A program made the position numbers and the translations under genes. The notes below the pieces were generated by a model. It ran no database searches. It was not told where the DNA came from and saw only the letters and a list, made by a program, of their open reading frames with translations. Of a stretch of 64,000 nt of DNA, positions 26,001-38,600 are shown one piece after another. Source of the stretch: the human T2T-CHM13v2.0 reference genome, Homo sapiens; the NCBI RefSeq assembly GCF_009914755.1, contig NC_060936.1; one strand, 5' to 3'. Positions within the stretch are counted from its first letter, which is position 1. Every line of letters begins with the position of its first letter.

Positions 26001-28868
26001 TTTCACATCTGCTCTGTCTAAAGGACAGTTCACCTCTGTGAGTTGAATAGAGGCAACACAAAGAACTTACTCAGTATTCTTCTTTCTAGCATTCTATGAA
26101 GAAATCCCGTTTCCAACGAAGGCCTCAAAGAGGTCCAAATATCTGCTTGCAGACTTTACAGACAGAGTTTTTCCAAACTGCTCCATCAAAAGAAAGGTTA
26201 AACTCCTTGAGTTGAACACACACATCACAAAGTAGTTTCTGTGAATGATTCTGTCTAGTTTTTATAAGAAGATGTTTCCTTTTCTACCTTTGGTCTCAAA
26301 GCGATTGAAATCTCCACATGGAAACTCCACAAAAAGAGTGTTTCAAATCTGCTCTTTCTGAAGGAAGGTTCAACTCTGTGAGTTGAATACACACACCACA
26401 AATAAGTTACTGAGAATTCTTCTGTGTAACATTATATGAGGAAATCCCGTTTCCAACGAAGGCCTCAAAGAGGTCCAAATATCCACTTGCAGACTTTACA
26501 AAGACAGTGTCTCCAAACTCCTCCATCAAAAGAAAGGTTATACTCTGTGAATTGAACGCACACATCACAAAATAGTTTCTGAGAATGATTCTGTCTAGTT
26601 TTTATACGAAGATATTTCCTTTTCTACATTTGGCCTAAAAGCGCTTGAAATCTCCACCTGCAAATATCACAAAAAGAGGGTTTCACATCTGCTCTGTCTA
26701 AAGGACAGTTCACCTCTGTGAGTTGAATAGAGGCAACACAAAGAACTTACTCAGTATTCTTCTTTCTAGCGTTCTATGAAGAAATCCCGTTTCCAACGAA
26801 GGCCTCAAAGAGGTCAAATATCTGCTTGCAGACTTTACAGACAGAGTGTTTCCAAACTACTCTATGAAAAGAAAGCTTAAACTCCTTGAGTTGAACGCAC
26901 ACATCACAAAGTAGTTTCTGAGAATGATTCTGTCTAGTTTTTATACGAAGATGTTTCCCTTTCTACATTTGGTCTCAAAGCGATTGAAATCTCCAACTGG
27001 AAACTGCACAAATAGGCTGTTTCAAATCTGCTCTGTCTAAAAGAAGGTTCAACTCTGTGAGTTGAATACACACACCACAAATAAGTTACTGAGAATTCTT
27101 CTGTCGAACATTACAGGAAGAAATCCCGTTTCCAACGAAGGCCTCAAAGAGGTCCAAATATCCACTTGCAGACATTACAAACAGTGTGTTTCCCAACTGC
27201 TCCATCAAAAGAAAGGTTAAACTCTGTGAGCTGAACACACACATCAAAAAGAAGTTTCTGTGAATGATTCTGTCTAGATTTTATAAGAAGATGTTTCCTT
27301 TTCTACCGTAGGCCTCAAAGCGCTTGAAATCTCCAGCTGCAAATTCCACAAAAAGGGTGTTTAACATCTGCTCTTCTAAAGGAAAGTTCAACTCTGTGAG
27401 TTGAATACACACAGCACAAAGAAGTTACTGAGACTTCTCCTATCAAACATTATATGAAGAAATCCCGTTTCCAACGAAGGCCTCAAAGAGGTCCAAATAT
27501 CTGCTTGCAGACTTTACAGACAGTGTGTTTCCAAACTGCTCCATCAAAAGAAAGGTTAAACTCCTTGAGTTGAACACACACATCACAAAGTAGTTTCTGT
27601 GAATGATTCTGTCTAGTTTTTATACGAAGATGTTTCCTTTTCTACCTTTGGTCTCAAAGCGATTGAAATCTCCACATGGAAACTCCACAAAAAGAGTGTT
27701 TCAAATCTGCTCTTTCTGAAGGAAGGTTCAACTCTGTGAGTTGAATACACACACCACAAATAAGTTACTGGGAATTCTTCTGTGTAACATTATATGAGGA
27801 AATCCCGTTTCCAACGAAGGCCTCAAAGAGGTCCAAATATCCACTTGCAGACTTTACAAAGACAGTGTCTCCAAACTCCTCCATCAAAAGAAAGGTTATA
27901 CTCTGTGAATTGAACGCACACATCACAAAGTAGTTTCTGAGAATGATTCTGTCTAGTTTTTATACGAAGATAGTTCCTTTTCTACATTTGGCCTAAAAGC
28001 GCTTGAAATCTCCACCTGCAAATATCACAAAAAGAGGGTTTCACATCTGCTCTGTCTAAAGGACAGTTCACCTCTGTGAGTTGAATAGAGGCAACACAAA
28101 GAACTTACTCAGTATTCTTCTTTCTAGCATTCTATGAAGAAATCCCGTTTCCAACGAAGGCCCCAAAGAGGTCCAAATATCTGTTTGCAGACTTTACAGA
28201 CAGAGTTTTTCCAAACTGCTCCATCAATAGAAAGGTTAAACTCCTTGAGTTGAACACACACATCACAAAGTAGTTTCTGTGAATGATTCTGTCTAGTTTT
28301 TATAAGAAGATGTTTCCTTTTCTACCTTTGGTCTCAAAGCGATTGAAATCTCCACATGGAAACTCCACAAAAAGAGTGTTTCAAATCTGCTCTTTCTGAA
28401 GGAAGGTTCAACTCTGTGAGTTGAATACACACACCACAAATAATTTACTGAGAATTCTTCTGTGTAACATTACATGAGGAAATCCCGTTTCCAACGAAGG
28501 CCTCAAAGAGGTCCAAATATCCACTTGCAGACTTTACAAAGACAGTGTCTCCAAACTCCTCCATCAAAAGAAAGGTTATACTCTGTGAATTGAACGCACA
28601 CATCACAAAGTAGTTTCTGAGAATGATTCTGTCTAGTTTTTATACGAAGATATTTCCTTTTCTACATTTGGCCTAAAAGCGCTTGAAATCTCCACCTGCA
28701 AATATCACAAAAAGAGGGTTTCACATCTGCTCTGTCTAAAGGACAGTTCACCTCTGTGAGTTGAATAGAGGCAACACAAAGAACTTACTCAGTATTCTTC
28801 TTTCTAGCGTTCTATGAAGAAATCCCGTTTCCAACGAAGGCCTCAAAGAGGTCAAATATCTGCTTGCA
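23093..28868 (-). repeat. 12-mer, 10-mer lacking the A dimer (25133-26830), 12-mer
   Basis: After the D' dimer ending CTAGCGTTCTATG the sequence continues directly with B-dimer GACATTACAAAC at 25133. The next A starts are at 26831 and 28869. Confidence 0.88.
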
Positions 28869-31800
28869 GACTTTACAGACAGAGTGTTTCCAAACTACTC
28901 TATGAAAAGAAAGCTTAAACTCCTTGAGATGAACGCACACATCACAAAGTAGTTTCTGAGAATGATTCTGTCTAGTTTTTATACGAAGATGTTTCCTTTT
29001 CTACATTTGGTCTCAAAGCGATTGAAATCTCCAACTGGAAACTGCACAAATAGGCTGTTTCAAATCTGCTCTGTCTAAAGGAAGGTTCAGCTCTGTGAGT
29101 TGAATACACACACCACAAATAAGTTACTGAGAATTCTTCTGTCGAACATTACAGGAAGAAATCCCGTTTCCAACGAAGGCCTCAAAGAGGTCCAAATATC
29201 CACTTGCAGACATTACAAACAGTGTGTTTCCCAACTGCTCCATCAAAAGAAAGGTTAAACTCTGTGAGCTGAACACACACATCAAAAAGAAGTTTCTGTG
29301 AATGATTCTGTCTAGATTTTATAAGAAGATGTTTCCTTTTCTACCGTAGGCCTCAAAGCGCTTGAAATCTCCAGCTGTAAATTCCACAAAAAGGGTGTTT
29401 AACATCTGCTCTTCTAAAGGAAAGTTCAACTCTATGAGTTGAATACACACAGCACAAAGAAGTTACTGAGACTTCTCCTATCAAACATTATATGAAGAAA
29501 TCCCGTTTCCAACGAGGGCCTCAAAGAGGTCCAAATATCTGCTTGCAGACTTTACAGACAGAGTGTTTCCAAACTGCTCCATCAAAAGAAAGGTTAAACT
29601 CGTTGAGTTGAACACACACATCACAAAGTAGTTTCTGTGAATGATTCTGTCTAGTTTTTATACGAAGATGTTTCCTTTTCTACCTTTGGTCTCAAAGCGA
29701 TTGAAATCTCCACATGGAAACTCCACAAAAAGAGTGTTTCAAATCTGCTTTTTCTGAAGGAAGGTTCAACTCTGTGAGTTGAATACACACACCACAAATA
29801 AGTTACTGAGAATTCTTCTGTGTAACATTATATGAGGAAATCCCGTTTCCAACGAAGGCCTCAAAGAGGTCCAAATATCCACTTGCAGACTTTACAAAGA
29901 CAGTGTCTCCAAACTCCTCCATCAAAAGAAAGGTTATACTCTGTGAATTGAACGCACACATCACAAAGTAGTTTCTGAGAATGATTCTGTCTAGTTTTTA
30001 TACGAAGATATTTCCTTTTCTACATTTGGCCTAAAAGCGCTTGAAATCTCCACCTGCAAATATCACAAAAAGAGGGTTTCACATCTGCTCTGTCTAAAGG
30101 ACAGTTCACCTCTGTGAGTTGAATAGAGGCAACACAAAGAACTTACTCAGTATTCTTCTTTCTAGCATTCTATGAAGAAATCCCGTTTCCAACGAAGGCC
30201 TCAAAGAGGTCCAAATATCTGCTTGCAGACTTTACAGACAGAGTTTTTCCAAACTGCTCCATCAAAAGAAAGGTTAAACTCCTTGAGTTGAACACACACA
30301 TCACAAAGTAGTTTCTGTGAATGATTCTGTCTAGTTTTTATACGAAGATGTTTCCTTTTCTACCTTTGGTCTCAAAGCGATTGAAATCTCCACATGGAAA
30401 CTCCACAAAAAGAGTGTTTCAAATCTGCTCTTTCTGAAGGAAGGTTCAACTCTGTGAGTTGAATACACACACCACAAATAAGTTACTGAGAATTCTTCTG
30501 TGTAACATTATATGAGGAAATCCCGTTTCCAACGAAGGCCTCAAAGAGGTCCAAATATCCACTTGCAGACTTTACAAAGACAGTGTCTCCAAACTCCTCC
30601 ATCAAAAGAAAGGTTATACTCTGTGAATTGAACGCACACATCACAAAGTAGTTTCTGAGAATGATTCTGTCTAGTTTTTATACGAAGATATTTCCTTTTC
30701 TACATTTGGCCTAAAAGCGCTTGAAATCTCCACCTGCAAATATCACAAAAAGAGGGTTTCACATCTGCTCTGTCTAAAGGACAGTTCACCTCTGTGAGTT
30801 GAATAGAGGCAACACAAAGAACTTACTCAGTATTCTTCTTTCTAGCATTCTATGAAGAAATCCCGTTTCCAACGAAGGCCTCAAAGAGGTCCAAATATCT
30901 GCTTGCAGACTTTACAGACAGAGTTTTTCCAAACTGCTCCATCAAAAGAAAGGTTAAACTCCTTGAGTTGAACACACACATCACAAAGTAGTTTCTGTGA
31001 ATGATTCTGTCTAGTTTTTATACGAAGATGTTTCCTTTTCTACCTTTGGTCTCAAAGCGATTGAAATCTCCACATGGAAACTCCACAAAAAGAGTGTTTC
31101 AAATCTGCTCTTTCTGAAGGAAGGTTCAACTCTGTGAGTTGAATACACACACCACAAATAAGTTACTGAGAATTCTTCTGTGTAACATTATATGAGGAAA
31201 TCCCGTTTCTAACGAAGGCCTCAAAGAGGTCCAAATATCCACTTGCAGACTTTACAAAGACAGTGTCTCCAAACTCCTCCATCAAAAGAAAGGTTATACT
31301 CTGTGAATTGAACGCACACATCACAAAGTAGTTTCTGAGAATGATTCTGTCTAGTTTTTATACGAAGATATTTCCTTTTCTACATTTGGCCTAAAAGCGC
31401 TTGAAATCTCCACCTGCAAATATCACAAAAAGAGGGTTTCACATCTGCTCTGTCTAAAGGACAGTTCACCTCTGTGAGTTGAATAGAGGCAACACAAAGA
31501 ACTTACTCAGTATTCTTCTTTCTAGCATTCTATGAAGAAATCCCGTTTCCAACGAAGGCCCCAAAGAGGTCCAAATATCTGCTTGCAGACTTTACAGACA
31601 GAGTTTTTCCAAACTGCTCCATCAAAAGAAAGGTTAAACTCCTTGAGTTGAACACACACATCACAAAGTAGTTTCTGTGAATGATTCTGTCTAGTTTTTA
31701 TAAGAAGATGTTTCCTTTTCTACCTTTGGTCTCAAAGCGATTGAAATCTCCACATGGAAACTCCTCAAAAAGAGTGTTTCAAATCTGCTCTTTCTGAAGG

Positions 31801-34800
31801 AAGGTTCAACTCTGTGAGTTGAATACACACACCACAAATAAGTTACTGAGAATTCTTCTGTGTAACATTATATGAGGAAATCCCGTTTCCAACGAAGGCC
31901 TCAAAGAGGTCCAAATATCCACTTGCAGACTTTACAAAGACAGTGTCTCCAAACTCCTCCATCAAAAGAAAGGTTATACTCTGTGAATTGAACGCACACA
32001 TCACAAAGTAGTTTCTGAGAATGATTCTGTCTAGTTTTTATACGAAGATATTTCCTTTTCTACATTTGGCCTAAAAGCGCTTGAAATCTCCACCTGCAAA
32101 TATCACAAAAAGAGGGTTTCACATCTGCTCTGTCTAAAGGACAGTTCACCTCTGTGAGTTGAATAGAGGCAACACAAAGAACTTACTCAGTATTCTTCTT
32201 TCTAGCGTTCTATGAAGAAATCCCGTTTCCAACGAAGGCCTCAAAGAGGTCAAATATCTGCTTGCAGACTTTACAGACAGAGTGTTTCCAAACTACTCTA
32301 TGAAAAGAAAGCTTAAACTCCTTGAGTTGAACGCACACATCACAAAGTAGTTTCTGAGAATGATTCTGTCTAGTTTTTATACGAAGATGTTTCCTTTTCT
32401 ACATTTGGTCTCAAAGCGATTGAAATCTCCAACTGGAAACTGCACAAATAGGCTGTTTCAAATCTGCTCTGTCTAAAGGAAGGTTCAGCTCTGTGAGTTG
32501 AATACACACACCACAAATAAGTTACTGAGAATCCTTCTGTCAAACATTACAGGAAGAAATCCCGTTTCCAACGAAGGCTTCAAAGAGGTCCAAATATCCA
32601 CTTGCAGACATTACAAACAGTGTGTTTCCCAACTGCTCCATCAAAAGAAAGGTTAAACTCTGTGAGCTGAACACACACATCAAAAAGAAGTTTCTGTGAA
32701 TGATTCTGTCTAGATTTTATAAGAAGATGTTTCCTTTTCTACCGTAGGCCTCAAAGCGCTTGAAATCTCCAGCTGCAAATTCCACAAAAAGGGTGTTTAA
32801 CATCTGCTCTTCTAAAGGAAAGTTCAACTCTATGAGTTGAATACACACAGCACAAAGAAGTTACTGAGACTTCTCCTATCAAACATTATATGAAGAAATC
32901 CCGTTTCCAACGAAGGCCTCAAAGAGGTCCAAATATCTGCTTGCAGACTTTACAGACAGAGTGTTTCCAAACTGCTCCATCAAAAGAAAGGTTAAACTCC
33001 TTGAGTTGAACACACACATCACAAAGTAGTTTCTGTGAATGATTCTGTCTAGTTTTTATACGAAGATGTTTCCTTTTCTACCTTTGGTCTCAAAGCGATT
33101 GAAATCTCCACATGGAAACTCCACAAAAAGAGTGTTTCAAATCTGCTCTTTCTGAAGGAAGGTTCAACTCTGTGAGTTGAATACACACACCACAAATAAG
33201 TTACTGAGAATTCTTCTGTGTAACATTATATGAGGAAATCCCGTTTCCAACGAAGGCCTCAAAGAGGTCCAAATATCCACTTGCAGACTTTACAAAGACA
33301 GTGTCTCCAAACTCCTCCATCAAAAGAAAGGTTATACTCTGTGAATTGAACGCACACATCACAAAGTAGTTTCTGAGAATGATTCTGTCTAGTTTTTATA
33401 CGAAGATATTTCCTTTTCTACATTTGGCCTAAAAGCGCTTGAAATCTCCACCTGCAAATATCACAAAAAGAGGGTTTCACATCTGCTCTGTCTAAAGGAC
33501 AGTTCACCTCTGTGAGTTGAATAGAGGCAACACAAAGAACTTACTCAGTATTCTTCTTTCTAGCATTCTATGAAGAAATCCCGTATCCAACGAAGGCCCC
33601 AAAGAGGTCCAAATATCTGCTTGCAGACTTTACAGACAGAGTTTTTCCAAACTGCTCCATCAAAAGAAAGGTTAAACTCCTTGAGTTGAACACACACATC
33701 ACAAAGTAGTTTCTGTGAATGATTCTGTCTAGTTTGTATACGAAGATGTTTCCTTTTCTACCTTTGGTCTCAAAGCGATTGAAATCTCCACATGGAAACT
33801 CCACAAAAAGAGTGTTTCAAATCTGCTCTTTCTGAAGGAAGGTTCAACTCTGTGAGTTGAATACACACACCACAAATAAGTTACTGAGAATTCTTCTGTG
33901 TAACATTATATGAGGAAATCCCGTTTCCAACGAAGGCCTCAAAGAGGTCCAAATATCCACTTGCAGACTTTACAAAGACAGTGTCTCCAAACTCCTCCAT
34001 CAAAAGAAAGGTTATACTCTGTGAATTGAACGCACACATCACAAAGTAGTTTCTGAGAATGATTCTGTCTAGTTTTTATACGAAGATATTTCCTTTTCTA
34101 CATTTGGCCTAAAAGCGCTTGAAATCTCCACCTGCAAATATCACAAAAAGAGGGTTTCACATCTGCTCTGTCTAAAGGACAGTTCACCTCTGTGAGTTGA
34201 ATAGAGGCAACACAAAGAACTTACTCAGTATTCTTCTTTCTAGCATTCTATGAAGAAATCCCGTTTCCAACGAAGGCCTCAAAGAGGTCCAAATATCTGC
34301 TTGCAGACTTTACAGACAGAGTTTTTCCAAACTGCTCCATCAAAAGAAAGGTTAAACTCCTTGAGTTGAACACACACATCACAAAGTAGTTTCTGTGAAT
34401 GATTCTGTCTAGTTTTTATACGAAGATGTTTCCTTTTCTACCTTTGGTCTCAAAGCGATTGAAATCTCCACATGGAAACTCCACAAAAAGAGTGTTTCAA
34501 ATCTGCTCTTTCTGAAGGAAGGTTCAACTCTGTGAGTTGAATACACACACCACAAATAAGTTACTGAGAATTCTTCTGTGTAACATTATATGAGGAAATC
34601 CCGTTTCTAACGAAGGCCTCAAAGAGGTCCAAATATCCACTTGCAGACTTTACAAAGACAGTGTCTCCAAACTCCTCCATCAAAAGAAAGGTTATACTCT
34701 GTGAATTGAACGCACACATCACAAAGTAGTTTCTGAGAATGATTCTGTCTAGTTTTTATACGAAGATATTTCCTTTTCTACATTTGGCCTAAAAGCGCTT

Positions 34801-35664
34801 GAAATCTCCACCTGCAAATATCACAAAAAGAGGGTTTCACATCTGCTCTGTCTAAAGGACAGTTCACCTCTGTGAGTTGAATAGAGGCAACACAAAGAAC
34901 TTACTCAGTATTCTTCTTTCTAGCATTCTATGAAGAAATCCCGTTTCCAACGAAGGCCCCAAAGAGGTCCAAATATCTGCTTGCAGACTTTACAGACAGA
35001 GTTTTTCCAAACTGCTCCATCAAAAGAAAGGTTAAACTCCTTGAGTTGAACACACACATCACAAAGTAGTTTCTGTGAATGATTCTGTCTAGTTTTTATA
35101 AGAAGATGTTTCCTTTTCTACCTTTGGTCTCAAAGCGATTGAAATCTCCACATGGAAACTCCTCAAAAAGAGTGTTTCAAATCTGCTCTTTCTGAAGGAA
35201 GGTTCAACTCTGTGAGTTGAATACACACACCACAAATAAGTTACTGAGAATTCTTCTGTGTAACATTATATGAGGAAATCCCGTTTCCAACGAAGGCCTC
35301 AAAGAGGTCCAAATATCCACTTGCAGACTTTACAAAGACAGTGTCTCCAAACTCCTCCATCAAAAGAAAGGTTATACTCTGTGAATTGAACGCACACATC
35401 ACAAAGTAGTTTCTGAGAATGATTCTGTCTAGTTTTTATACGAAGATATTTCCTTTTCTACATTTGGCCTAAAAGCGCTGGAAATCTCCACCTGCAAATA
35501 TCACAAAAAGAGGGTTTCACATCTGCTCTGTCTAAAGGACAGTTCACCTCTGTGAGTTGAATAGAGGCAACACAAAGAACTTACTCAGTATTCTTCTTTC
35601 TAGCGTTCTATGAAGAAATCCCGTTTCCAACGAAGGCCTCAAAGAGGTCAAATATCTGCTTGCA
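28869..35664 (-). repeat. Two 20-mer HOR variants A-B-(C-D)x4, 3398 bp each
   Basis: A starts at 28869, 32267 and 35665, with four consecutive CD tetramers in each unit. Confidence 0.9.
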
Positions 35665-38600
35665 GACTTTACAGACAGAGTGTTTCCAAACTACTCTATG
35701 AAAAGAAAGCTTAAACTCCTTGAGTTGAACGCACACATCACAAAGTAGTTTCTGAGAATGATTCTGTCTAGTTTTTATACGAAGATGTTTCCTTTTCTAC
35801 ATTTGGTCTCAAAGCGATTGAAATCTCCAACTGGAAACTGCACAAATAGGCTGTTTCAAATCTGCTCTGTCTAAAGGAAGGTTCAGCTCTGTGAGTTGAA
35901 TACACACACCACAAATAAGTTACTGAGAATTCTTCTGTCAAACATTACAGGAAGAAATCCCGTTTCCAACGAAGGCCTCAAAGAGGTCCAAATATCCACT
36001 TGCAGACATTACAAACAGTGTGTTTCCCAACTGCTCCATCAAAAGAAAGGTTAAACTCTGTGAGCTGAACACACACATCAAAAAGAAGTTTCTGTGAATG
36101 ATTCTGTCTAGATTTTATAAGAAGATGTTTCCTTTTCTACCGTAGGCCTCAAAGCGCTTGAAATCTCCAGCTGCAAATTCCACAAAAAGGGTGTTTAACA
36201 TCTGCTCTTCTAAAGGAAAGTTCAACTCTATGAGTTGAATACACACAGCACAAAGAAGTTACTGAGACTTCTCCTATCAAACATTATATGAAGAAATCCC
36301 GTTTCCAACGAAGGCCTCAAAGAGGTCCAAATATCTGCTTGCAGACTTTACAGACAGAGTGTTTCCAAACTGCTCCATCAAAAGAAAGGTTAAACTCCTT
36401 GAGTTGAACACACACATCACAAAGTAGTTTCTGTGAATGATTCTGTCTAGTTTTTATACGAAGATGTTTCCTTTTCTACCTTTGGTCTCAAAGCGATTGA
36501 AATCTCCACATGGAAACTCCACAAAAAGAGTGTTTCAAATCTGCTCTTTCTGAAGGAAGGTTCAACTCTGTGAGTTGAATACACACACCACAAATAAGTT
36601 ACTGAGAATTCTTCTGTGTAACATTATATGAGGAAATCCCGTTTCCAACGAAGGCCTCAAAGAGGTCCAAATATCCACTTGCAGACTTTACAAAGACAGT
36701 GTCTCCAAACTCCTCCATCAAAAGAAAGGTTATACTCTGTGAATTGAACGCACACATCACAAAGTAGTTTCTGAGAATGATTCTGTCTAGTTTTTATACG
36801 AAGATATTTCCTTTTCTACATTTGGCCTAAAAGCGCTTGAAATCTCCACCTGCAAATATCACAAAAAGAGGGTTTCACATCTGCTCTGTCTAAAGGACAG
36901 TTCAACTCTGTGAGTTGAATAGAGGCAACACAAAGAACTTACTCAGTATTCTTCTTTCTAGCATTCTATGAAGAAATCCCGTATCCAACGAAGGCCCCAA
37001 AGAGGTCCAAATATCTGCTTGCAGACTTTACAGACAGAGTTTTTCCAAACTGCTCCATCAAAAGAAAGGTTAAACTCCTTGAGTTGAACACACACATCAC
37101 AAAGTAGTTTCTGTGAATGATTCTGTCTAGTTTTTATAAGAAGATGTTTCCTTTTCTACCTTTGGTCTCAAAGCGATTGAAATCTCCACATGGAAACTCC
37201 TCAAAAAGAGTGTTTCAAATCTGCTCTTTCTGAAGGAAGGTTCAACTCTGTGAGTTGAATACACACACCACAAATAAGTTACTGAGAATTCTTCTGTGTA
37301 ACATTATATGAGGAAATCCCGTTTCCAACGAAGGCCTCAAAGAGGTCCAAATATCCACTTGCAGACTTTACAAAGACAGTGTCTCCAAACTCCTCCATCA
37401 AAAGAAAGGTTATACTCTGTGAATTGAACGCACACATCACAAAGTAGTTTCTGAGAATGATTCTGTCTAGTTTTTATACGAAGATATTTCCTTTTCTACA
37501 TTTGGCCTAAAAGCGCTTGAAATCTCCACCTGCAAATATCACAAAAAGAGGGTTTCACATCTGCTCTGTCTAAAGGACAGTTCACCTCTGTGAGTTGAAT
37601 AGAGGCAACACAAAGAACTTACTCAGTATTCTTCTTTCTAGCGTTCTGTGAAGAAATCCCGTTTCCAACGAAGGCCTCAAAGAGGTCAAATATCTGCTTG
37701 CAGACTTTACAGACAGAGTGTTTCCAAACTACTCTATGAAAAGAAAGCTTAAACTCCTTGAGTTGAACGCACACATCACAAAGTAGTTTCTGAGAATGAT
37801 TCTGTCTAGTTTTTATACGAAGATGTTTCCTTTTCTACATTTGGTCTCAAAGCGATTGAAATCTCCAACTGGAAACTGCAGAAATAGGCTGTTTCAAATC
37901 TGCTCTGTCTAAAGGAAGGTTCAGCTCTGTGAGTTGAATACACACACCACAAATAAGTTACTGAGAATTCTTCTGTCGAACATTACAGGAAGAAATCCCG
38001 TTTCCAACGAAGGCCTCAAAGAGCTCCAAATATCCACTTGCAGACATTACAAACAGTGTGTTTCCCAACTGCTCCATCAAAAGAAAGGTTAAACTCTGTG
38101 AGCTGAACACACACATCAAAAAGAAGTTTCTGTGAATGATTCTGTCTAGATTTTATAAGAAGATGTTTCCTTTTCTACCGTAGGCCTCAAAGCGCTTGAA
38201 ATCTCCAGCTGCAAATTCCACAAAAAGGGTGTTTAACATCTGCTCTTCTAAAGGAAAGTTCAACTCTACGAGTTGAATACACACAGCACAAAGAAGTTAC
38301 TGAGACTTCTCCTATCAAACATTATATGAAGAAATCCCGTTTCCAACGAAGGCCTCAAAGAGGTCCAAATATCTGCTTGCAGACTTTACAGACAGAGTGT
38401 TTCCAAACTGCTCCATCAAAAGAAAGGTTAAACTCCTTGAGTTGAACACACACATCACAAAGTAGTTTCTGTGAATGATTCTGTCTAGTTTTTATACGAA
38501 GATGTTTCCTTTTCTACCTTTGGTCTCAAAGCGATTGAAATCTCCACATGGAAACTCCACAAAAAGAGTGTTTCAAATCTGCTCTTTCTGAAGGAAGGTT

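Noticed and set aside
33568-33804. 78-aa ORF on -
   Set aside because: Translation of a C dimer in which one SNV removes a stop; the other copies are closed.
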